Program-made: the position numbers and the translations under genes
The notes under the pieces: generated by a model
Databases searched by the model: none
What the model was told of the DNA's origin: nothing
The model's input: the letters and a program-made list of their open reading frames with translations, nothing else
Shown: piece after piece, positions 13,361-25,266 of the stretch
Layout: the number at the start of each line of letters is the position of its first letter
Numbering within the stretch: the stretch's first letter is position 1
NCBI GenBank assembly: GCA_012295275.1
Contig: CM022671.1
Coordinates: 8,556,001 to 8,620,000 of the forward strand
DNA: 64,000 bases
Reading direction: 5' to 3'
Source: Chrysomallon squamiferum
Lineage: Eukaryota > Animalia > Mollusca

Positions 13361-16300
13361 CTGTTAATTTACAAACAGTAATTTAAAAAAATTACATTTT
13401 AAGCAGATACTTTGTGATTTTATTTGGTTCAAATAAAGATTAAAAAAAAACTAATAATAATAATAAAAAAAACTTACTGGATCAGAATTTGTTCATAAAG
13501 AGGTGGAATGTTTCCAACAACTGCTCCCTTAGCTGCACTTTGTCTTCGTTTCAGTGACTCTTCTTCCTATAAATTATTATTTATTACATGATCACACTGT
13601 GTTGGAACAAAAAGTCCAAAGTAAAAACAATATTTAGATACTTGTACAACCACGTGGGTGCCATTTTGATCACTTTTCAAAACATGAATGTGTATCACAT
13701 ATTTCAGTCTTGTGTGACATGAAATCTTGAGCTGAAATGCCACTTAATGAAAAACATTATAAACTTTTGTTTCAGCTGAATATAATCTAAATTAACCTTA
13801 ATATTTAATTAAATGAAATTTACAAAAATATTCTTTAAAAAAAAAATAATAAGTAAAATATAAAATAATAGTGTAGAAATCGTCATATCCAAATATGTTG
13901 TTTGTTCATTTACCAAGTGATCTATGCATAATTATTTTGCTCGTTACCCAGACATTTCAGTTTAGTTAATCAGTTTTAAATCATTAAAATGAAAAAATGA
14001 AAGTCAATTTCTGATAAACATTTTCCCTTCTTCTGTCTGAGAATTCAATACTCTTGTTTTCTTTACAGTATTTAAACAGATCTTATATATTGTTACTGAT
14101 ATTATTTAGAATTAAAATATCTAAGTGATTTCACACTGTTGTCTACACACTCTTTTATTCTTCAATAAAGCTGAGAAGATTCCATGACTCTGTTATTAAT
14201 GGTGTTATCATTAAAACATCAATGGCATTAAACAATTTAAAATGACTGTGATTAAACTTAAACCACACCTCATTTCCATGAGGCAAACTTAATCAAATAT
14301 GCTGCATGCCTACATTTTAAAGTGATGTACATAAAACAACTGAAATAAACTAAGACAATAATGTTAACACGTGACGAACAACGTACCACAATTCCGACAC
14401 GGTTTGCTGTAGGAGAAGTGATTCTTCCACGCGACTGTGACATTGAGTCTGTGACACTGGGCCTTGACCACGTCCTCCCAGCCACTGCTGGGGCAGACCC
14501 TATTCCAACCATTTCTACAATTGAGTTTGGTGCGTGGTACTGGGAGTCACTGAAAGTGTATTGGAAATCAGAAACCTCTGCTGCACTCAGGTTCAGTATG
14601 CCTAGGTATTCCATCACTAATCTGCGAAGTCGAATGTATGCCTCCTGAATGTCATCTGCAAATCAGTTTTAACAGAGCAAATACTTAAACATAAATACAA
14701 AATTAAATGCAATTATTCTATGTACAGCATATCAGTGTCATGTTTTGAATCAGAAATGTTTTTCTATCCCTTTTATGAAAAATTTGCATGGTTTTATTTA
14801 AGATTTTGTTACTAAGAATTCTGGGTTCTGTACTGGGGATGGATTTAATCAAGCATCTTGTATGTGCTTTGGAAACTGAAAATCCCATAATGGCATTACA
14901 GAAAGATCTAATAAATAATATATATTTATCTTTATTTCTGAATTTGTGTGAAAATGAAATGTCCATATTTTAGTGAAGCACTGTGTAAATAGTATGTATT
15001 TATAATTACATATGTGTGCATATATGAAACATTGTGTAAATAGTATGTATTTATAATTACATATGTGTGTATATATATGAAACATTGTGTAAACAGTATG
15101 TATTTATAATTAGATGTATTATATATTAGCATACCACTGTTTATCACCATGTCGAAGAATCCAGGGTGAACCTGGTTGTAACTGATGTACATGTCATCTC
15201 GTTTGAGTGTGTACTGGATGCTGTCCTCAGAGTAGACTCCCCGATTCTGAAGACGTTTCTCATGACTCTCTTTTGTCAGTGGTATTATCAGCACATAGCG
15301 GGGCTCGAAGTAAGTGTTCTTGAGTGCCAGCACCCCCTAAAACATAACACAGCTTATTTCACTTGTCTTAAAATATAACACAGCATGCAAATATATGTTT
15401 CTTGTATAGTCTTAAAATATAGTATATAAATATATGTCACTGGTATACATTAAATGCGAAATACGCATGTTCATTGTCTTAAAACATAACATTGGATATA
15501 AATACATTTTTATTTTATTGTCTTAAAATGTAACACAAATATATAAATATAACACAAACAGTATATAAATCTATATCCCTGTTAGCATTATTTACTAAAT
15601 ACCACTATATAGGTTTATTACAATATATTAAAACATAATGCACTGTATAAATATGTAGCCCTGTTGTATATTATAAGACAAATAGATAAAACTATATCAC
15701 TGGTGTATGTTATGTGCTGAATACCAGAACATAGATTTATTACACTGTTAAAAAGAATACTTTTAAAACTTAACTGACAAATCACTTTTTTTTTTTTTAT
15801 CATTTTATGCCAAGTACCAGTATACAGATTTATTACACTGTCTTGAAACATAACACTGCATATATATATAGTTATATCACTTAAGTTTTAAAATTATTCT
15901 TTAAAACAGTGTAATAAATCTATGTTCTGGTATTCAGCACATAACATACACCAGTCATATAGTTTTACATATTTGTCTTATAATAAACAACAGAGCTACA
16001 TATTTATACAGTGCATTAGGTTTTAAGATATATATGTGCATCATTTTTGCACATTATATGCCAATATACATGTTCATTATATGGTGTTAAATCATAACAC
16101 AGTATATTAATATATATTACTATTATACATTAAAAGCTAACTATTCATTATATTGTCTGAAAACATAATACAGCATGTAAATATACATGTTTATTGTATT
16201 CTCTTAAATGTCATATATATACAATAAACATGTATATTTACATGCAGTATTAAGTTTTAAGACAATATAATGAATAATTAGCTTTTAATGTATAACAGTG

Positions 16301-19300
16301 ATATATATTAATATACTGTGTTATGATTTAACACCATATAATGAACATGTATAACAGTGAGATATAACAGTGATATCTGTATATATATTTGTATATAAAT
16401 AATGAGATATTTGTTTATATCATAACAGGTATGTTTTAAGTAGGTGTCTTTCTAGCTTACCTCAAGTTCCATATGAACAACACAGGCCAAACCTTCTCTG
16501 GCTACACGTTCTATAGATTCCATCTGAAGTCCATACCAGTGTCCATTGTACAAATTAGTCTGGATGAATTTACCCTAGAAAAAACAAATAATAATCAAAA
16601 TAAATAAATAAAATTTAAAAATGAAATAGCAAAAGCCACAGTTTTCCTGTTTTATAACTATTCATAAAATGTTTAAGGAAATAAGTCACTGAATTAAGAA
16701 AATAAAAACAAACAAAAAATCATCACAAATGAAATGGAATGGAAATGATAAGAAGATAAATTGTCTTCAACAAAGCTTTGAGAACTCTGTAAATTATTAA
16801 TTTATCAACACATCATAAATAAATTAAAAATGGTTTTGATAAAATAAAAGTGACAAGTTCACATAATTAATTACATATAAATACCAGATTGTTGGAACAA
16901 CACACACACTTATTTTCTTTTTAAGAAAAAGTATTATGTAGAGTCACATTAAATGAATGGAGTTCTCTATAAGTTAATAACCAAACTACCATTTTAATAT
17001 CTCTCTCAAACTGCTCCAAAGAAACAAAATTGTAGTCTTTTCCATTGGTTTCATCCATGTGTGGACATCGAGTTGTATGTATAATACTGAAAAAAAAGAA
17101 GAAAAAAGAAAAGATTTGTCAAACAAAATAATAAAAAGGTGAATGATATACAGTTACAGAAGGTTCAAATTAAATAATACAAAAGTATGTAATGAACTGG
17201 ATACATCATGATATTATCGAAACAAAAATTAAATCTAAAACTCATATTTTTACTAAATGGCTTTGTATTTATGACAATATTTAAAAGATCTCTGTCTTTA
17301 ACTGTAACAGTACAAAATAAATAATTCTAAACTTACCCATAACCAAAATAATCTGAAAATTCGTCTACTAGTTTCAGAGCAAGGTCCTTTTTCCCTGATC
17401 CTTGTGGCCCAGCCAACACCAGCATAGGATACTGTGTATCACTGCTAGGGAGAGTACTGAAGTGAAATGGAAGATGTTATTTAAAATAATGCATCACTTT
17501 CACACTTATACAGGCTGAGGAGCCCGTATCCAAAATTCCAAAATCTGAAAAGATCTAAAATTCAAAACTTTTCCCAAGCAGCAGAAGTAGTAAAATCTTA
17601 CATTTTCATACAATTTGCATAGACAAAGTTGTATGTGAAATATAAATGGAATTTGTGCTTAGACTTAGATCCTAACCACAGACGATTTCCTTATATTCCA
17701 AAATCTTAAAAATTCTGAATTTCAAAATATTTCCAGTTCCAAGCATTTTGGATAAGAAATTTTCAACCTATATTAACTATTAAAAATCATAACGAATGCA
17801 TCAACTATAGATACTGTAAGCAGAGAGGAAAAGCAATGTCCATTATTCAAACATAAACATAGAAACAATGTTACAAACAGTAAAGAAACAAATAAAATAT
17901 GTGCAAATCACTATATCTTACAAAGAAATAAAATAATTAATAACTGTTTATTTTGAATGTATTTAACATGTGATGTGACAGATTAATTTTCATTATAAAG
18001 TAAAGTGAAAAAAATTATCTATTAGAAAAGACAACAATTATTTTTATCACAAATTGTCAAAAGAAATTGTACATTAATAGTATATTACCTGTCTTTCACA
18101 TGACTTGGATGCAGAAATTCATAAACAACATGCATAATGTGATCTCTTGCTGCAACTACTTCTACTGGAGGGTTAAACATGTTCTTTGCAGCCACCTAGA
18201 ACAGATTGAATAACACACAGGTATTTACATCATCTGATTCCTAGGAGACATACATAGCACTGTGGGGACAATGCATGTATATCACTGACCAGAAGAAAGT
18301 ATATTTGTGGAAAGGGAACACAAAAGTAGTTAGGATGAACTTTGAAATAACAAAGGATATTAGAAAGATGGACCAGTGTTAGAGTAATGATATTTACATG
18401 TATTTCATTCATGTATGTGTTATGTAACATTCCAGAGTACTACTTAATCTGGACTTTGATTAAGACCATTCAGACACATGTACATATGTATGTATACTTA
18501 CATAATTCAGAATCCACTCACACATGCACATATACACTTTAAATATATTCCAATAAAACTTGAAGAATAAATCAGTGCTGACACTAACCTTCTCCTCAGG
18601 TTCTACCTTGTGTCTGTCGAGATCTGACAGAGAGGGGATACGAAACAGGATGGACAGACGATAATCTGGCAGTTCTTGGATTGGATTTCTTTTCAGATTC
18701 AGCTGGCGCAACATCCGCAACTCCTTGATGAACTTTATTTCCACAAGATCAATGATCTGTTTTGAATTAGAATAATACAGACTTTGTCAGAATTGTATGT
18801 ACAAAAGTTAGTCCAAGTTTTATTATTTGTTTAATAGCAATAGTATAAAAATGAGAATTATCAGGGACAATGCATGTAAAAATTATAAACTTTAATTGTT
18901 CCTTTTTGTCAACAAAAAGTCAAGCACATGTAGTCCTAGTGTTAGAAACAAACTTACAACATACAACTCCACCATGAGGATAATTAGATTAGAATGTTAT
19001 GATCCAAAACTCTTAAGACTCTTTTATAGTTACTTCCTTTTTGTATGAAATTACAGAACAAAACAAAAGACTAATAATAAATCATTAATTAAATAAATAA
19101 ACAAAAGATGTATTCATAAATATAAAATTACTCACTTCATTGTCCTCAAGATCAATTGCTTCTAGAAGTTCATGTCTTTCCAAACCATGAAGACTTCTAA
19201 TTAAGTTACCAGAGAGGTTTATTTGCTGTGAAGAAATTTTTCAACCATTGTGATATAAATGACATCTACATCAAATGTTAAATAATTAAAATAATGCCAT

Positions 19301-22300
19301 CAAAACAAAATACTATAAATTTATAAACAACAAGTCCAGTGATTTAAAACAAACACATGGTAAGCATGAACAACTAATATTATTTAATAAGAAGGACTAA
19401 AGAATATACTATATATATATATATATATACATATTTTAATTTTTTTTTTATAAAAACATCATTTAAAATATGAGATCTAAAATTCAGCACAGCATAAACA
19501 AACTAAAGATTTTAAGACAGCTAAACTGAAACATATTAATGTGCACTTCACATGAAACTAAAATTATGAAAAGGTAATCTGTTAATATCATTAAGAATAA
19601 ATTTGACATATTTAACAAATGTTTAATCCTTAGTTATATTATGTGATCAAATGACTTTTTAAATAATCAGGAAGCACACTTGTTTTTAGCAGCAAGGACA
19701 TTTTTCTGTGCATTTTCACAATGGATAAGAAAGCATATCACAGCCTTTGTTAAACAAGTCAGGGATACTGACTGGAATGGGAAACTAAACAGGTACTCTT
19801 AGAATGACTGATCCAATAACCTTTAGGCCTCAGATATGTGCTCTAAAGGCTGAGCTTTGTCATACTCTTCCAACAGAACTCAACTGATGAGACAACCTAT
19901 CTATCATTACAGTTCTTCTGAATATGTAAAACAGTGTTAACAAAAATCAAATATAAATTGTCACAGTGAATTACTTACCCTCAAATATTTTAGTTTTTCA
20001 ATATTTTCTACCCTACAGATTTTGTTGTAGCACTGAAAAAACAAAAAACATAGTAAAACTAATGTTATATTTTAAGTTTTTGTCATTATTCAGTAATGCT
20101 GGACAAGTAAAACACACATACTCATACCTCTGTATATTAGCAAACATCATAATTTAATAATCATAATTGTTAACTTTTAATTTGTATTATAATATTAAAA
20201 TTATAATTTTTAAAAATTTAAACAGACCTCAGCATTTATAGCTACTACTTAAGCCCCACTACAAACTGAATACAAACCAGGTTAAGGGTCTGAATAGGAA
20301 GATCTCCAAGTCCTTCTATCATTTCAATTTCATTATGAGCAATGCTGAAGTCTTGCAGTCTCTCACAGTTTTCTAGTTCACAAATCCTACGGATTTGATT
20401 ATCTGAATGAATGTTAAGGAAACCAGTGAAGAACAGTTGAATAATAAGAATATACAACCACTCATAACTGTCTGTAGTGAAATACCAGATAAGTATCTAG
20501 TGAAGATCATAACCAGACTATGCCCATACGTCATTTATATTATTTTTTTAAATTTAAAACTAAATTTATATCCTATTAAATGTTACTAGGAACCCTGTGA
20601 GTATAATCATGACATTTTGAACAAAATTTTCTTTTTCCCCATATAATCATAGGTGGTTAATTCTGAATTAAATTTTCATTTTTGTATAATTTTAATTAGA
20701 AATTAATGTACCTCTGTGATAGGAAAAATGCAATGATCAGGGATTTAAGTTGCAAATAAAATAAATAATACACAACAATTGCTAACTGTAAAATACAATA
20801 AATTTAGAAATCAATCAAAATACACAGGGATTCGTGGAAGAAACTGTAATGATTATAATAAAAAGGAAACTGAATTTAAAACGGAAATGATTAAAACACA
20901 CTCAAAATAAACTGTTACTCAAAGTGAGCACTGAAGAATTTGTTTGTTTTTTCAAGAAGAGAATGCACTCTGTTTAACACTGATCTATGGGAAATGTGGG
21001 AGAGATCAAAAAGGATACGACTTATATCAAGTTTCTTTAAGCAACGATGTGCAGAAAGGTTGTCCATTTGTTTTATTAGATTGTATGACAGGTCAACCTG
21101 TTCAAGGTTTTTTGGTGGTTTAAAGTCTAACATGATTTCAATCTGGTTGTGAGAGGCATCCAAAATTAATAGATGTTCCAAAGTACTCAGGGCAGATAAC
21201 TCTGAAATGATTAAAAAAAAAAGTCAAAACTATCCGAAAATGATTACCAAAGTAATTTAGTTAAACATTTTTCTTAAAAATGAACATTTTCTTCTATTTC
21301 TTTTAATAATACAATTTTTAATAAATCATATTTAAAATTAAAAAGAAAAAAGAAAAGGAAATTTTAATTTTTCTCATTTTATTCAAAAGCTTTAAGATTT
21401 GTATATTTTAAATTAACTGATTCACTTAATGCATATATTTGTTTATACAATACTATTTTATTATAAAATCATTATTGTTATAGCAAAATTTGTTAACCTT
21501 TTTTTTTAATTGTGATTCACAAAACAAATTGTTTTCAAAAAAATTACCTTTGAGTTCATTGTATGGAAGTTCAACTTTTTGAAGGTGGATGTATTCTGAT
21601 AATAAGCTGATATCTTTCAAACTGAATCCCTGTCAAAATTATATTTTAAAATTTGAGCTTTATTTTAATAATAATGATTAACAGCTATTATATTAAATTC
21701 CATTTTCAGTAATTACATATCTACTGTAACTTTAGCCATATTATTTTCAAGATCAAGCTGCATAACTGTTATTAATATCAGTTAACAATTAAGGCATTCT
21801 AAAGCATTAGAAATCATTAAATACATTACTGGTACTTTAGTAACAATTAATTATATTTATATATATATATATATTCATGGTATATAATTTTCACTACAAT
21901 GAATTAATTAACAGTTAAAACAATCTAGAATGTCACAAGTAAATGGATTAAAATATAATAATTGACATTCCATATATAGAAAGACTGAAATATTTTATTT
22001 TAAAACAATTTTTACAAATAGAATAAAAAGTAATAGAAAGTAAATTTTGAAAAAAAAAAAAAACATTTACCGCAATTGTGCAGTGAAGATAAACTTGAGA
22101 TACACCTGTTGCTGATCTTCCAAGTACAGTCAATCCCCGAGCAATTGTTTCTTCATCAAGAATTCCATCTGGTGATAACTACAAAAACATAGAATACTTC
22201 TGTACATATCAGCCTGTATGAAAGTTTGCATGGTTGTTAATATTTTATCATCATAATTCATTATCAGCAAAGAAATGTATCTTAATATAATGTTTTAAAA

Positions 22301-23073
22301 AAAAATTTAAGTAGATAATGCATAAAATAAAATATATATACATTACACACATACACACATATATTGTAACATATTAATTTCATGGTTATGGATAAAAAAA
22401 AAAAAAACTCTTTTGAAAGCTGGCTACTGGAAAATATACCTATTAAAAGAAAAATATCACAACTTTGATAGATATATGAACATAAATTCAGTATTTTCTG
22501 ATTTTTATATCTCCATGTTTAGAAATATATTGAAACAGAGATAACACATTTCACACTTTTTACCAAGTTTCTTTAATGTTTAACAAAACACATACACACA
22601 TATGCACACACCTACACACACACGCACACACACACAAAAAGATATATACATGCAAACATATGCCTATATAAATAAAGAAAAAATATGAAACATTATATAT
22701 ATATATAGCCATAAGTTATAGTATTTTAATACGATTTAGAATAGGAAATAAAAATATAAAACTGATAAATAGCAAAAATAGATATGTATCTGTAAAGTTT
22801 AAGACTTCTGCTATAAAACAGTACGTTCCAAACAAATTATAAACAACTTAACAACTGACCTCAATATGTTCTTCTTTCAGAATTATCCGCTACCTCGATA
22901 TTGTCATCGTTTTCATCTATTATTAATTCCTCTGCAGAATCTGGTTTTTCATCAAGATTAAGAATATCTGTATCTGCACCTAATATATTAGTTTCTGGTT
23001 CAACGTGTATATATTCTCCATTAACGAAAGCATATAATTCACCAGTCTGTGGATCTACCACCACCTCCGCCAT
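11405..23073 (-). CDS. LRGUK: Leucine-rich repeat and guanylate kinase domain protein; exons 22894-23073, 22071-22178, 21548-21629, 21019-21201, 20278-20402, 19979-20032, 19136-19225, 18589-18756, 18089-18195, 17337-17456, 16990-17086, 16461-16574, 15135-15336, 14387-14655, 13478-13566, 11405-11783
   Basis: SDS22-like LRRs (LDASHNQI, VDLSYNLI, INLSGNLI, LNLKRNPIQELPDYRL), then a GK domain (YPMLVLAGPQGSGKK, HTTR, GKDYNFVS, WYGL, EGLACVVHMELEGV). All junction phases are compatible. The exon 1 donor is the least certain. Confidence 0.92.
14978..15112. repeat. ~52-54 bp tandem repeat, about 2.5 copies, in a LRGUK intron
   Basis: Repeated CATTGTGTAAATAGTATGTATTTATAATTACATATGTGTG. Confidence 0.85.
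15337..16440. repeat. Degenerate ~38 bp minisatellite with two long inverted repeats, filling a LRGUK intron
   Basis: Unit approx. CTTAAAACATAACACAGCATGTAAATATATGTTTCATTGT. Inverted arms ~15623-15777 / 15877-16033 and ~16065-16199 / 16220-16353. Confidence 0.85.
17511..17770. mobile_element. Tigger4/Zombi-like MITE (~260 bp) in a LRGUK intron
   Basis: TA|CAGGCTGAGGAGCCCGTATCCAAAAT...ATTTTGGATAAGAAATTTTCAACCTA|TA: imperfect TIRs and TA flanks. Internal TCCAAAATCTGAAA motifs and CCAAGCATTTTGGATAAG resemble the recalled Tigger4a consensus. Confidence 0.75.
20403..21018 (-). other. U12-type (minor spliceosome) GT-AG intron in LRGUK
   Basis: Donor C|GTATCCTTTT; branch site TTCCTTAAC at 20421-20413, followed by ATTCATTCAG. 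Splicing restores the LRR LDISHNQI. Confidence 0.95.
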
Positions 23074-23081
23074 TTTGATGC

Positions 23082-23095
23082 GTCCCTATGGAAAC
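23082..23095. promoter_or_regulatory. RFX X-box motif just upstream of the LRGUK start codon
   Basis: GTCCCTATGGAAAC fits the consensus GTYNCY-AT-RGNAAC; it lies 9 nt from the ATG of a cilia/flagella-associated gene. Confidence 0.65.
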
Positions 23096-23470
23096 CACTG
23101 AGTCGCTTCCCTTCTTTTCATTTTGCCCACCTATTAGAAATGGTATAATAAGTATCTTTCTGGTGCATTTGTTTATGTCTATAATACATGTTTGTTGGCT
23201 AAACTGGTCATTTTTCCCCTTTCAGGAATAATACTTATGAATTTTAAACAAAATAACTGATAAAAAAAATTATTTATTTATTTATTTTATTAAATGTGTC
23301 ATTTAAAAGAAAAACATTGCAAAATTCGAGATTTACGATCTTATTAATTTTTTAATTCGTTTAGATGTCTTAATGGATGAATAAAATAGGCGCTGTTCAA
23401 TATTTTGGTGAATATAAAATAGTGTGCATTGAAAATGCATAAATATATTGCAATTCTGTATGGCAAAGCG

Positions 23471-23503
<33 letters not shown>

Positions 23504-23883
23504 TTTGAATTTATCTGATTTAATTTACTTATTTATTATTTTGAAAAAACAAAACAAATTTTTATCAAATGGTTACTATTTTTTTTATTCTTGTATCTCT
23601 GGATTTACCCATTTGTTTATGAAATTTCTGGACGTGACACAAACACAAACTCAAACATGCATAAAACAGAACAGATATATAAGCTAAATATATGCAAAAT
23701 ATCTCAAATAGCAAAATTATAATCGTAAAATATAATTATAGAAACCAAAAAAAGTTGGATTGCTGTTTAAAAAAAATAAAAATGCAGGAAATGTGTGTTA
23801 TAGTTAGCAAAAACAGAGGAGAGAAATACTAAAGAATACGAAATTTAGTTCGGAAGCACATGCAATAAGATCACGTGGTTAAG

Positions 23884-25266
23884 ATGGCGTCCTTGTTCTT
23901 GAAACGAGCGATCGCAAGCACTCACGTTTCTTTCAAATTAATCACACGCGAAGTAACAGTTTCAAACAGAAGGTTGTTATCGTATTCTCTACGCCGATAT
24001 GCACAACCAGCTGCACAGAAGAAGACATATTCAAGAGAAAAGGCTCATGTTAACATCGGAACGATTGGTCACGTTGACCACGGGAAAACAACCTTGACAG
24101 CGGCAATAACAAAAGTGCTGGCCGAAGAGGAAAAAGCTTCATATCAGAGGTATGAAGACATTGATCGCGCACCAGAGGAAAAAGCCCGCGGTATTACTAT
24201 TAATGCGGCGATGGTTGAATATGAAACTGACAACAGACATTATGGCCATGTCGATTGTCCCGGCCATGCAGATTACATCAAGAACATGATTACCGGTACA
24301 GCACAGATGGACGGAGCAATTCTCGTCGTTGCTGCAACTGATGGAACGATGCCACAGACAAGAGAACATCTTCTGTTAGCACGTCAGATTGGTATTCAAA
24401 GATTGGTGGTTTTTGTTAACAAAGCAGATGCAGCAGACAAAGAAATGATTGAATTGGTTGAGATGGAAGTGAGAGAGCTATTAACTGAATTTGGTTACAA
24501 TGGTGATGAAACTCCTGTCATTATTGGTTCAGCACTCTACGCACTGGATGAAAAAGATGAAGAACTTGGTCGTAAAAAAATAAAAGAATTACTCAAAGCT
24601 GTAGACGAGTATATTCCAACTCCTGTGCGAGATCTTGACAAACCTTTCCTCCTGCCTATTGAATCAACATTTTTAATTCAAGGACGAGGAACAGTCGTGA
24701 CTGGAAAAGTTGAAAGAGGAGTTATCAAGAAAGGTGATGAAGCAGAAATTCTTGGCTATGATACAACCCTGAAAACCACAGTGACAGGCATTGAGATGTT
24801 TCATAAAAATCTCGACAGAGCTGAAGCTGGTGACCAACTGGGAGCTTTAGTCAGAAACGTTAAACGGGATGAAATCAGAAGAGGTTTTGTTCTTGCTAAA
24901 CCAGGTTCCATCAGCATGCACAACAAATTTGAAGGTCAGATTTATCTGTTGTCAAAAGAAGAAGGTGGTCGCTCTAGGCCACTCACAGAATATTTCCAGA
25001 CACAGATGTTTTGTACTACCTGGGATGCCCCTGCACTTTTGGAAATTCCTGACAAAGATATGGTGATGCCAGGAGAAGACGCCAGAGTCATTTTTAACCT
25101 GCGTAAAAAGATGGCTTTGGAGAATGGGCAGCGTTTCACTTTGAGAGATGGCACAGGCACACTGGGATACGGAGTAGTGGCAAAAATACTTCCTGACTGC
25201 GATGTTGAGAAGTTGGATGAAGAGAGAGCTATGAAAAAGAAACAACAAAAACAATCACAACAATAA
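23884..25266 (+). CDS. TUFM: Mitochondrial elongation factor Tu, intronless CDS
   Basis: Basic, Ser/Ala-rich presequence; motifs [49 protein letters not shown] and MVMPGED. Start context AAGATGGCG. Confidence 0.97.
   Translation: MASLFLKRAIASTHVSFKLITREVTVSNRRLLSYSLRRYAQPAAQKKTYSREKAHVNIGTIGHVDHGKTTLTAAITKVLAEEEKASYQRYEDIDRAPEEKARGITINAAMVEYETDNRHYGHVDCPGHADYIKNMITGTAQMDGAILVVAATDGTMPQTREHLLLARQIGIQRLVVFVNKADAADKEMIELVEMEVRELLTEFGYNGDETPVIIGSALYALDEKDEELGRKKIKELLKAVDEYIPTPVRDLDKPFLLPIESTFLIQGRGTVVTGKVERGVIKKGDEAEILGYDTTLKTTVTGIEMFHKNLDRAEAGDQLGALVRNVKRDEIRRGFVLAKPGSISMHNKFEGQIYLLSKEEGGRSRPLTEYFQTQMFCTTWDAPALLEIPDKDMVMPGEDARVIFNLRKKMALENGQRFTLRDGTGTLGYGVVAKILPDCDVEKLDEERAMKKKQQKQSQQ

Noticed and set aside
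23884-25266. Bacterial tuf contamination or horizontal gene transfer
   Set aside because: It has a mitochondrial presequence, animal-type features, an AATAAA downstream (~25494) and continuous eukaryotic flanks.
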